Shown: in pieces, positions 23,718 through 36,089 of the stretch
Position numbering within the stretch: position 1 is the first letter of the stretch
How the letters are laid out: every line of letters begins with the position of its first letter
Assembly (NCBI GenBank): GCA_016748015.1
Contig: JAAOMT010000197.1
Location: 158,388 to 222,387 of the forward strand
Length of the DNA: 64,000 bases
DNA from: Geosiphon pyriformis uo1
Lineage: Eukaryota > Fungi > Glomeromycota
Direction: 5' to 3'
Translations under genes and position numbers: made by a program
Notes under the pieces: generated by a model
What the model saw: the letters and a program-made list of their open reading frames with translations, nothing else
Databases searched by the model: none
Told to the model about the DNA's origin: nothing

Positions 23718-26700
23718 GTGATAAGATCTGGAAAGTTGCTACTTGCAATGTTAGGAAAATGAACAATCCTGCAAAGCAGGGAGATATAATTCATTGGCAC
23801 AAGGAAATAAACAATTTGGTTTCCATCATTACTGAGACTAAATTAAAAGATAAGATCCATCTGTGGATCATGAACAAGTTTGATGGTGTCTGTGTTTTCA
23901 CTTTTGATGTGAACTCTGGTTACTTGGGTTTGGGCATTGCTATTATTATGAACAATTTTTTGGCTAGTCATATGTACAAAGTTTCCGAGGTGTCTGGTCA
24001 GATCCTTTCTGTCAAGTTGCTTTTCAAGAATAAGCTTTCTGTAATGATTTTAGGGCTGTATACTGGTGCCTCTTTGGTGGTTTGGTTCTCTCAGGCTGGT
24101 GATGTCAATTTTCTTATTGCAAAGACTGTGAATGAGTCTTCTTTCATGATTCTTGGCAGTGACTTCAATGAGGATGATTCTCGTAAGTGTACTAGTTTCA
24201 AGAAGTGCTTTGATTTGGGTCTGGTTAATGCTTTGGCCAGAAGTTTGTTTAATAAGATACTGACATGGTGCAATTCTTGTGGTATTGCTAAAACAATTGA
24301 TTACATGTTCATTTTTTTGAATTTGGTCAATGCGATGGTGGATTACAATATGGTTAGTGTTAAAAATTATTTTGATACCAATCATGTGGCCATTTCTGTC
24401 TCTGTGGATTTGAGTGGTTTGCTGGATGTTCAGCTGTCTTTGCTGTACAAGCAGGCAAACAAGAATCATTGGAAGTTTGACATCAAAAATGCTGATAAGG
24501 GGAAATGATGTAAATTTAGAAATGCCACAGCTGCTAATGCTGCTTTGTTTTCAGATGCATTTGTGGAGGCTAAGAGGTCTTTAGATTCGGATGTGATGTG
24601 GAATGTTGTTTGCAAGGTTATGATCTTTTCAGCCAATGAGACATTTAGAAAAAAATGGTTTAAAAGTTATGACAGTGTTTTTACCAAAGAATTTTTTAGG
24701 TTTTATAAACTGGAGTTGTTAATGTTCAGATTGGTTAAGACTTTTTGTTTGGTTTTAAATGTGAATTTTGCTTCATTGCTGGGTACATGGGACAGACTTG
24801 ACTTTAAAAGTGTGGCAGAAGTGAGGTCTCTTTTTCTTTCAGAATCTAATTTTGGTACTATTTGTTCTGAGCTGGCAAAAGCAAAGAAGTCTTATCATTC
24901 TTTAAAATTGCTGGAATCTAAGCACACTGAAGAATTTCACATCAAGCAGACTATTATCAATAGAATAGAGAGTTTTGAATTAGATAAGGGTCATACCATT
25001 AAAAGTGTTTTGGAGCATCCTTTTTACAAGATAGTGTTGAATCATTTAGTTGTAGGTAATAAGTTAGTTTTGGAGCCTGATTTGGTTAAGTCTAAGATGG
25101 ACGAGATTATGAAAAAATGGACTAGAAAACATGGAGTGGTGTTTGATATCTCTGATGATTGGATTTGCCAATATTAACTTTTGGATTATATTTTTAATGG
25201 TGCATTTTCTAATGTAATGTGCTTGATTGGTTTTGATAAAATGTTTGCTATAGTCTCGAATCTGCCTGATGGAAAAGCAGCTGGTTTCTCTGGCATTTTT
25301 AACAAATTGTGAAAACACTGTGACAAATCAGTTTTGGATATGTTGTTAGTGCTCTTGAATCTGTGTTTAACTTGTGAATCAGTGTTTGGACTTTAGAGAA
25401 AAGCTTGGGTTTTGATAATTCCTAAGCCATATGAATGGAAAGGTGTTTTTACAAATACCCACCCTATTGCTTTGATCAAAATGGCTCACAAAATTCTTTT
25501 CAAGATTCTTTTGAATAGAATTTCTTCAGTTTGCAGTATTCATGAGGTTTTGTATAAGGACAATTTCTCTGTTTTAAAAGGTACAATGATGCAATCGCCT
25601 ATTTTTGTCATTGGCTTAGTAGTTGAGAATGCTTTGGAAAAAAACTGTAAACTGTGGCTGGTTTTGCAAGACATGTATACAGCCTATAACTCTGTTGGTT
25701 GGATACATCTTAAGAGGAGCTTGATTAAAATCAAGATGTGTGACAGGTTTATTAGATTTTTTGGTAGCATTTACAATAACCACATTAACAGAGTGATGAT
25801 AGACTTTAGATTGACTAATATATATCATGTTTATGATGGGTTGAACTAAGAGAAAGTTTTTTTATCTCTTCTTTGGCACATATTCTATGATTCACTTCTA
25901 TGTGAGGTCAAAAGACAGAAGAGTGTGTGTGGTTACAGGTTGAATTCTCATTTTGTTTTCAAGTCTGGTCGTGTAGAATCTCAAGCTGGATTGACTTCAT
26001 TTTTTGCTGCTGGTGCTTTTGTCAATAATACAATTTGGGTTGGTAGTAGTTAAACTGCTATACAACATATCCTCAATGTTGCTAGTGAATTCTTCAGTTA
26101 TAATGACATTTCCATAAATAATGACAAGACTGTAATTATCCCTATCAACTGCTGGGTTTCGAACTCTTATTTGACTGTCAGTGGTTCACTTATTTCTGTC
26201 ATAAAAAAAGGAAAATCTTATCATTATTTGGGTATTTTCTTGTCTTCTAAGAGTCTTTTGAAACCTAGCTTGGCTAAGGCATATTTAAATGTTCAGTTTT
26301 TTGTTAATCTTGTTTTGAAAAAGGCAATTTCAGATAAACAGTTTGTGTATTTAATTTCAATGGTTCTTTTTTTTATTATTAGTTATAGGACTCAATTCAG
26401 TTTTATTTTTATTAGCGTTTGTAATAAATGGAATGCTCTGGTTTGCAAAAGCTTGAAGTCTAGATCTGGTCTTCCACTTGATTTTTTCAATGATGCAATC
26501 CATCATTTTTCCTTGTACAGTTTAAAGACTTTTGAACAAATTTAGGCTGAGAGCAAGTTGGCATCTCTTGTTTTTTTTGTGAATTTGCTGGGTATTTTGG
26601 ATCGGTTATTTTCTCACAGATCTCATAATCTCCAAGTTTTTAGCTGGTGTTCTCAACACCTTCTACAATTTTCAGTTCAAGTTAGGGTCAATTCTTCAAA

Positions 26701-28402
26701 CAATTTTCTGGCTGGTATGGTCTATATTTTTTCTGGGTGTGATTTGTTTTTGGGTGGATCTTTAATTAGTGTATTTCATTTTCGGAGTGGTACTTTTATG
26801 TCTTTTGTACTTGGTGAATGTGATTATTTTAAGTATGTCTCTTCTTTTTAGTGTTATGGGGTTGCCTTTATAAACCAACTGCATGATAAACATGGCACTG
26901 TTTTTGGTTGGACAACCTTTAAGCAGTAGAAATGGTTGGACTCTTGTGGCTCTGTTCTCATCTGGTTTGAGCTTTCTGTTTGTTTTCTTGGAGGTGAGGT
27001 TTTTCTTTCTGTTTGTCACTCACTTTTGAATGGTCTCTTCTCTTCTAATATTTTTTGGTCTTATGATTTTGATGTTGTTAGAGTTAATTTGTTGCATGTT
27101 AATACTGCTTGTCTTTCTGTGTACACAGATGGATCTTTGAGCAGTCTGGGAACTCTTGGTATAATGGCTGGTACTGCTGCCTTCTTTGAGGATATTGGTC
27201 TGGATATAAATATGAAGATCTTTGGTCTGGTCTTTTCTACAATGGTGGAATTGCAGACTATTGCTCTGGCTCTTGAGTGTGTTTCTTTTTTTTGTTCTGT
27301 TAATTTGTTTTCAGACAGCCAGACTGCTTTGAATGCTTGCAAGTCAGAGTCTGTGCTGACTTATCTGGATTTCAGGAATTAGTGTTGGATTGAGCATTGT
27401 CATATTTCTAATGTTATTCATCAAAAAAATTTGGATGTTAATTGGGTCAAAGTTAAAAGACACTCAAGTGTCTCTGACAATGAGCATGCTGATGCTCTTG
27501 CCAGGGCTGCCATCTTCTCTGATTGGCACTTATCTCACATGGTTAAGGAACACTTTCTTAGGGCTAAAGACATGACTGTTTCTGGTAATTCTAGGCATTT
27601 TGTTCATAATATTTTCTGATCTATTAACTATGTGCATTGGGAGATTGGTTTTGGTTTTTGGATCATGATAAACAGCCTATGTGCTAATATTGATTGGTCC
27701 AAATTTTTATTGGTATAGCACCCTAATTCTTACTTGGCTGTAGGTTTTACCAGTGCATGCACTGCCAGCTTGCGGTCATATTTTATAAAGACATTACATC
27801 ATCACCTTCCTGTTGCAGTATGCAAGTGACTTTATAATAAGTGTTATCCCAGTGTGATTTGCTTGTTTTGTGGTAATGTTGAGGTCTTAGACCATGTTTT
27901 TTCTTGCCCTTTTGATATTGCTAGTCATTTTTGGCTGGTGGAGAATTATGTGTTTGTTTGGGAAGCACAATCAAATTTATCTTGCTATTTCTCTTGTGTC
28001 TTGCAGTTGTTGTCTACTTGTGTTTCTGATGTTGTTGTTGGTACAGCTTTATATAAAGGCTTTGTTTTCAATGAGTGGTATTAGGAGTTTCTTTTTGTTT
28101 TCAAGGACCCTAAAGTTGCAGCTTAGAACATTGTGTTTTTTGTGTGCAAATTTTGTCTTATATTTAAGGATAATATCTGACTAGTGTAAACTAAACACCA
28201 AGCTGTTATAGAAAAAAATGGCCTAATCCTGCATGATAGTTCCATGCCTGTTTCAGTTTCTGATCTTTCTGTGGTGCTTTCAGCTGGAATGGTTAGATTA
28301 CTGAGTATTGCTGATGCATTTGGTATTAGTTTTGGGTTTTATAAACCTTGTTTGTTTTTTCTGAGTACTGGAAACATGATATCTGTTTATATAAGTGTCT
28401 AG
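23714..28402 (+). pseudogene. LINE 1 ORF2: AP endonuclease, RT, RNase H, C-terminal zinc finger
   Basis: ATCNVR, ITETK, GSDFN, IDYMF, TNH (APE); PIAL, QDMYTAYNSV (RT); VYTDGS, ELQ, FSDSQ, VKRH (RNase H); CLFCGNVEVLDHVFSC. Confidence 0.93.
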
Positions 28403-28548
28403 TGTTGTTTTGATTAGTTTGAGTGGCTGGTCATGTGTAGCAAATACATAATTCACACCTAGTTTAGATCATTAATGTGATATATAGTACTAGGCTGCAT
28501 TTGGACTTTACTTATTAAATAATAATAAAAAAATTAATTCAAAACATA

Positions 28549-29205
28549 AGTATTACAATAGTAATTATTTGTTTTTAATTGTTTAATTTTTTAATATAAA
28601 TAATAACAAATTTAGTAAGTTTTTGTTTAATAATTTAAAAATATTATTATTAGTAAAAAACAGTTTTAAATATTTATTAATTAACAAAAAAAGCAGCTTA
28701 ATTTTTAAGTATTTATTACATATTTTAAAAAAATAAATAAAGAAATAATTTTAATATTTTGACTATATTTTATTTATTTGTATCTGTTTTTATTATTTTG
28801 TTAAATTATTTTTAAAAACTTTATTTTTTTAAAATTTAAAATTTTTGTAATATAAAAAATTTTTTTTATTTTTTTATTTTTTTTTAAGATAAATTCAAAA
28901 ATATTTTAATTTTTTTAATAGTTATTTTTGTTTTTTTTTTTAAATAATCAATTAAATTAGTTTTTATTATTAAATTAAATTTTTTAATAATATAAATTTT
29001 TTTTGTTTTAAAAAACAAATTAATATAATAGTTAACTATTAAGTTTTTGTTCAAATTTTTGTAATTGTTTAGTAATTAAATTTTTAATGTATTATAAATT
29101 ATTTTAATAAATTAATAAATTTTTTTGTTTTTTAAGTTTGATTTTAAGTCAAGTAAAAATTAGTAGTTAATAAAATTTTTTTTGTAAAACTTTTTAATAT
29201 TGTAA
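28549..29205. other. Extremely AT-rich spacer (eroded TE relic) between the two LINE tails
   Basis: Composition; continues the tract interrupted by LINE 1 according to the TSD. Confidence 0.55.
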
Positions 29206-29354
29206 TTGAATTTTTTTTTTATTTTTTTATTACAAGTTTTATGAGTGAAGCCCAATTGCTATCTAGTACATAGAACCAAACTAAGTGGAACCAACTAAAC
29301 ACAGCTCACACACAGACTACATGTGGCCAGCCACTTGAGTCAGACAAGGCAATA

Positions 29355-32300
29355 CTATATACCTATAACAACAAAAGCATTACTACTTAAACCAGAGAAA
29401 AAACGACACAATTTGTGCCTACCAAACTTGACAGCAAAAGATTCTATAACACCAAGCATATAGACAACACCAGCCAACAATATAGAAATTATATTGCTGA
29501 ACAAGCCAGAAACCACACTATTATCTCTAACCAAGCCAGTTTTTTCTATCTTTATTCTATGCTTGGTCCTAATAGTCCATATTCGAGTATGCTACAACTC
29601 CATCACAAATTTAATGAATTCCATTAGAGTCTGAGTAGCTTTCTTCCTTCCCTCAAAAACTGAAACAGCTTTAGCATACTAATTTTTTATTACAAAACCC
29701 TTGCATATTGTTGTATAAAGATCCACATCCAAAGAACATAACAAAAGTGAGAGCAAAATAGCAGATGGAGACGAACTCATAAGACCAAACATTGATATTC
29801 ATTTTTTAGCAGCTTTAACCAAAATGTCCTCACAAAGACCAGAGTTATCAGAACAAGCAAAAACATGATCAAAGAACTTTATCTTGTCATACAGTAAACA
29901 CAAAACACTAGGATAACTTCTGCTGTACAACCTCTTTCTAACTGCAACTGGCAGCCACCTATATACAGCCTTTATCAAATACGTGCATAAATTAGCTGAC
30001 TTCCTACTGGTAAACCCAGAAAGCATATGTGAATCAGAATGCCAAACCATCACAGTAGCATTCCAATCTATTTCCTTAATCATAACATTTAGAACTATAC
30101 CAAAACCTGGACCAGCCTCCCAACAGGCACAGCATATTGACTGGTGTAAGTTTTAAGCAAAATAATGAACATTGCCAGATATGGCAGTCTTCTCAACAAC
30201 TAAAAACCTCTCCTGAATATTAACTGGCAAAGAAAGAGACAAGGAAATAGCCTTATTAGCCAGTGTGTCAGCCCTTATATTGCCCAACATATCTGAATGT
30301 TTTTTAACCTTCACCTACTTAATTGAAATATTTTTGTTTTTAAGAAGATTGACAATTTGCAATCTTTTGATTTAACATTGATTATGGAAGTCAGATGTAG
30401 TCAAAGAAACCTCGAAAATGCAGGCATCAATCACAGATTGACTATATGAGTATAAAACCACTGAGCAAGAAGATGAAACACACTCCAAGACCAACATCAC
30501 AGCTTGTAGTTCAGCTAAAATAAAGGACAAAAATCCAGTGACTTTAACCCCAATGCCCACATTTGCAGCCAGAAAGTATGCAGCTGTCCCAACAGAACCA
30601 GCACATCTCAAGGACCTATTCATATACACCTCAATACAATCAGACCACACCTCCAGCAAACTATCATGAACTTCAGAAAACCTATCAGAATTCAAAACAC
30701 CTAGCACATCCTCCTTAGTAGCAGTAGCAGTTCTGACCCCCAAAGAAATATAATTGTTCATAAAATCAGATGTTAAAGAAAACCAGTAAAAGCACAGGGC
30801 CCCTCGGGTCTAATTACTTCTAATACTGAAATGTTTTCCAGTCCATCATCTTTCCTTTCTTGTTAAGAATTCTGTCACCAAAAACAACACCAAAACGCTT
30901 CAATGAAAAAATGGATTTGTAATACAAAGACTAACCCAGAATGCCCAGACATTAGAAAATTGCCAGATCCACGAAAGGCACAAAGTAAATTGTTTGACAA
31001 GGATAATTCATTCTCCAAAAAAATCTTTATCACCTCTGCCAAAAAATTGTTAACAGGACTAACATACAACTTAATAGGAAATTGCAAAGAATTCAAAAGA
31101 AACCATCTCAGAACTTGCTAATCCAAAAATCTATGATCAAATAAATGTCTAAGAATGCCATGGCCATTAGAAAATGAAATCAGTGATGCCAGTTTTTTTT
31201 CAGACTGCACTTGCTCAAAAGGCTTCAATTCATATAAAAAAGAGTGGTGCAAGACCTCACTGGGGAAGTCATATGGTAAACTAGCTTTAGCTCTAAGACT
31301 TTTTCTAATCATGATATCCCATTTACAACACATATCTAAAGTAACAAAACTGAACTGTACATGATAGCTAACAATGGGCTACAAAACTGCCAAAACCAAA
31401 TAACAGAATTGTTTGTCTGTAATAGTTTTTCTTAACACTATATTAGAAAAAAACTTGACATTCTTATAGGCTTGAGCCAAATTGGGCTTAAAAAGACTCT
31501 CAGTTGACAGGAAGATACCCAAATATCAGTATGGCTCACTCTTTCTAGCAATCAAAATTGGCACTTCATTAATTAATAGCAAAGCATTCTTAACCTCTCG
31601 ATTGATAGAAATTGCTACTGTCTTATTGTTATTAATTGAGATGTTATTGATTACAAAAAATTTACTTGCAATATTCAAAATATACTGTGTAGATGCCTGA
31701 CTACTTCCAACCCAAATTGTATCATCAACAAAAGCACCTGCAGCCAAAAAGAAGGTTTTTTCTCTACTTGTTTTAATCCTGCCAGACTTTGCTACAAACC
31801 TAGAATCAATTCTATACCTACATAATTGCTCATGTTTTTTTACTTCACACAAAAATAGATCATAAAATATTCTTCAAAGCAGTAGAGAAAAGATTTCTCC
31901 TTAATCTAACTCATCATGTACTCTATAACTATCTAAGAGCCCAAAATCAGTCATCACCCTGTTGAGCCAGTTCCCATGAATGTTGCCAAAAAATTGGATG
32001 AAACATCCACACATTTTGATACAAAGCAAGTTTATTCACAAATGATCCCAGCCTACTGAATCATAAGCTTTGTGTATATCTTGTAGTACTAACCAAAGCT
32101 CTCTGTTTTTCTCTAGAGCATTCTCAACAACTGAGCCAATAGCAAAAATAGGAGACTGGATCAAAGTACCCTTTAACACTGAAAAATTGTCAACATGAAG
32201 AACATTAAACTTGCTACAAGCCAAAGATATCCGATCAGATAAAATCTTAGATAGTATTTTATGTGCTGTCTCAACCAATATGATAGGTCTGGTATTTATC

Positions 32301-34036
32301 AGAATACTATTTCACTCATAAGGTTTCGGAATTATTGAAATCCATGCTTCCTTCCACAGATTAGAAACTGCACCCATACTCAAGTACAAATTCAACAATT
32401 TCAAAAGACAGACCAAAACCTCCCCACCACAATGTTTCTAAAGTTTATTTAGTATCCCAGATAACCTGGCTGCTTTATTGTTCAGCAGATTATCAACAAC
32501 CAGAGACAATTCCTCCATACCAATATCAACTATTACATCAGAAAAAACATCATCATTCACATAATTCAGAGGCATATATTGTCAAGCCCAGAGGTCAGAT
32601 ATTTCCAGAAGAACCGATCACTTTCTTGTCTACCCTTCCATAATTTTGTTAATCTTGAGCTTCATCTCATTAGGGTTAACTACCAGCTTATCATCCACTA
32701 CCAAGTGATCCAAAACCACTTTGTGAAATGGACATTTCAGAATGCTCTTTATTATCTTTCTTTTGTTAGAACAGAAGTTTTCCATATGACAGTCAATTGC
32801 CTTCTTTATAGCAGTATCTTCAGCAACTTTAGACTTATAATACTTGGACTTACAATACCCTTTCTTTATTACTGACAAATGTTTAATCAACTCCATTGAG
32901 CTTACACCATTCAAAACCATGTTATCAATCTTGAAAGCTTCGACTGCATTAACAGCCAACCAAATCTTAATAAGACAGTTGAAATTTAGGAAATCACCAG
33001 AGTTCCAACATTTCACAATCTTTGCAACAAGCAGCTTTAATTTAAAAAATTTGGAAGATTGTTTATTCCTTAAACAGTCATACTCACTATATCATATTCT
33101 AGAAAAAACTGTGTTAGCAGCCTGTATTATGGCCTCTTCCAACAATTTTCACATTGTATTTAAGTCACCATTGACTCTTGCCTCTTCAAACATGTTCAAT
33201 CTAGCCAAAAACTTGGCAGAAGAGCAATCTTTAAAGCTTAATTATTGAACATTATCTGCATTCTTTAATTTGAATCTCCACCAGTCTTGGTTGGCTTGTT
33301 TGCGAATACTAATAAAATGTGTATTCAGCAGTCTATTCAAACCAATTAAAACAGAAACTGACTTATAATTTGTATCAAAAAACTCAGACACACTATTGAC
33401 AAAATGTGATACCATAGCAGATGCCAAATTTCTACTAACTAGAATAAAATCAATTACTTTCTCAACATTTCTAGAATTGCTTCAGGTGGAAGCCTTGGCC
33501 AATGAGTGTCCATCAAAAGTATTAACCAGACCCAAACCCAAACAGAACTTGAAACTCGCACTTTTGCTAGACCTATTTTCATTAAAGTTACTACCCAAAA
33601 CCACAAAAGAGCTGGAATTGACCATCTTAGAAATTATAGAATTGATATCAGCAGCTTGACTAAACTGTGTGCTGATAGATACACCAGTGTACAGACTCAA
33701 GATTATAACTGAAAGTTTGTTTTTGAATAGAAGGTGCACAGAAATCAAACAACCAGGAACCTCATCCACTTTTAAAACATGCTAAGCCAAAGAATTGTTC
33801 ATAATTATGGGAACCTTAGCATTATGAAACCCAACATCCAAACCAGAAATAAAAACCCGAAGTCCATCAAATTTATTCATGATCCAAGGCCTAATGTCAG
33901 ATCATAATTTAGTCTCAGTAATAATCAAAATCATATTTCCTGAATCCTTATGCCAATGGACAATGTTTTCCTGTTTAGCTAAATTTGTCATACTCTTAAT
34001 ATTGCACATAGCCACTCTCCAAATGAGCTCACTCAT
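29355..34036 (-). pseudogene. LINE 2 ORF2: APE, RT, RNase H, zinc finger
   Basis: ORFs 33482-33769, 32036-32278, 31526-31852, 30372-30761 and 29799-30083 are colinear with LINE 1 ORF2. Confidence 0.92.
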
Positions 34037-34320
34037 TGATGCAAAGAGTGCATCAGAGAACCTGAATTTATGCACAACAGATCTAACTTCCCCAAGATTG
34101 AGCCAATAGAAACCTCAAGAGCCATCATCTTGGATTTCAAACTGCCAACTTTGGAAGTAAGAATCTTTGAACTGCTTAGACCTAAATCTGCCATCTTGTC
34201 TTCTAACATTAAAGAAGAGGAAAGAAGAAATGGCTGTTGTTACAAGTGATTCTTTGAGGTGTTGAATCAAATAACAAACCTGTAATTTAGTGCTAAAAGT
34301 TATTTGTGTTGATGTTATTA

Positions 34321-34390
34321 ATCTGAAGGTTTTGTATCTGAAGGTTTTGTATTTGAAGGTTTTGTATTGAAGGTTTTGTATCTGAAGGTT
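34321..34390. repeat. 15-bp tandem repeat (ATCTGAAGGTTTTGT) x ~5 inside solo LTR C
   Basis: Directly visible, with small variants. Confidence 0.9.
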
Positions 34391-35027
34391 TCGGGTTGAA
34401 TTCTTTGTATAATGGACAGAGATTCAATAGTTGTTTATCCGTAGCTTCCCAGAATTGCAATTCTGTCAATTCTTTTCTCGGCATAATGGCCAGCAATTTT
34501 CTGGTAAGTATTCTGTATTTTCTGTATGTGTTCTACCCTCTCACAAGGGTCTTTTACCAGACAATTCTTAATGTCAGTAATCTAGTGCTTTATTCAACTA
34601 ATTAGTGCACAACAATAAAATCAAAAAAAAATAAAGAAAAAAAAATAAAAGAAAATCATAAATAAGCCAAGGCAATTTTGCAAGTCAGTATTCCATCAAT
34701 AGCCGTGATCAAGAGCTATTGTTCTAGTGTGTTTAAGTATCAATTACTATCAACATGGAGTGTTGATAGTGGAATTAGGTTTGAGAAATCAAATAGTTAT
34801 TTATTGTGTTTGGAAGGTTGTTTAGATGAAATTTAAACTTGGAGGTCCTTCTTTCAGCTTCTAATCCTACTGCTATATATACATAATTGAGATTCCTCAA
34901 TTCCTCAATTTTTCACAACAGGAATCCTGGGATTTCTGGAATCCTGCAATTTCTTTGAGAGAAATCCTGGAATTCTGGAATCCTGCAATTCCTTGTGAGA
35001 ATCCTGTAATTTCACATTTTACTACAT

Positions 35028-36087
35028 TGTTACTCGAGTAGAAAAACCGATCCAAAGTTATAAAAAAACGTGACCAAAACATGACATAATACAGAATAAT
35101 GCGCAATAATGTTGAATAATGTATTATAACGTAGGATAACGTGTTATAATGCAGGATAACACAGAATAGCATGCAATAACGTAGAATAACATGTTATAAC
35201 ACAGGATAACACAGAATAACATGTAATAACGTCAAATAACGTGTTATAACATAGGATAACTAGCAATAACATAGAAAAATAAAGCAATAACAGAAACAAC
35301 AAAGCAATAGCTAGTGATAGCAAGACAATTAAAAGCAATCCTGTAAAACCAAAAGAATGTATAAAAGCAAGTAGTTGTAGAAGTAAGAAAAAACAGACAG
35401 ATAGATACGAACCTTTAGACAAGAATTAAATATCCATACTTCTTCATTCTTTATTATCTTCTCTATTTCATCTCCTGAAATAAACCAATTATTAAAAAAA
35501 AATCAGAATCACGAATTTATGTTCTCAAACTTCATGGAATTTACATGAATTAACCCTTGTCTCGTATCTCTATTCTAGAACAGATGCTCTTAACATAACC
35601 ACCTCAAACCTATTAACAATTTGGACCAATCGCTCTTGATCACGGCAATTGATGATACTAATTTATCTTTTTTTTTTTTTTTTTCTTTTTCTGTCTTATT
35701 TTTGTGGAGCGGTAACATAGTAAAATTGACTGTTTGGGAATAGACTTTGTGATAGCCTGGTAAAAGAGGGAAGCTCCCCCTAAGTTTTGAATATTAATAT
35801 TATCTTGTTAGCTTACCAAAAGAGTGAAAAGACAATACTAGACCCTAATAACTACACTCATTAGCTTGGAGAAGAAAGCTCACATTTACAAAAAATGTTG
35901 CAATTGACAAAAGACAAACTCTGTGCTTTATAACCAAAAACTCAACAGGTAAATTCACATTCAGGAATAAACCTTCAGAGACTGATAATCAAGACTAAGC
36001 CAACAGAATTATGCAGAAGACGTATCATCCATAATTGAGAGCACCAAATGTTACTATTTTCTATACCTACCAAGTTTACTCATAACA
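35028..36087 (+). repeat. 5' LTR of element D
   Basis: TGTTAC...ATAACA; colinear with 44127-45180; differences are mostly transitions. Confidence 0.95.
35081..35300. repeat. 10-bp-period array (NNNNNATAAC) x ~20 in D LTR; second copy at ~44180-44400
   Basis: ATAAC/ATAAT recurs in exact 10-nt register. Confidence 0.9.
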
Positions 36088-36089
36088 TT

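Larger units (their letters stand above)
21783..28530 (+). mobile_element. Full-length LINE (non-LTR retrotransposon) 1 with APE, RT and RNase H; decayed
   Basis: ORF1 plus ORF2 fragments; TAA/A-rich tail; candidate 18-bp TSD AAATTAATTCAAAA(A/C)ATA at 21765-21782 and 28531-28548. Confidence 0.92.

Noticed and set aside
35081-35300. Periodic repeat as a CRISPR array
   Set aside because: 10-bp period, no spacers, no cas genes, eukaryotic context; it is part of an LTR.
34897-35422. Hydrophobic ORFs (also 44020-44521 and 18915-19175) as membrane or Env proteins
   Set aside because: They are antisense readings of the A-rich LTR repeat array.
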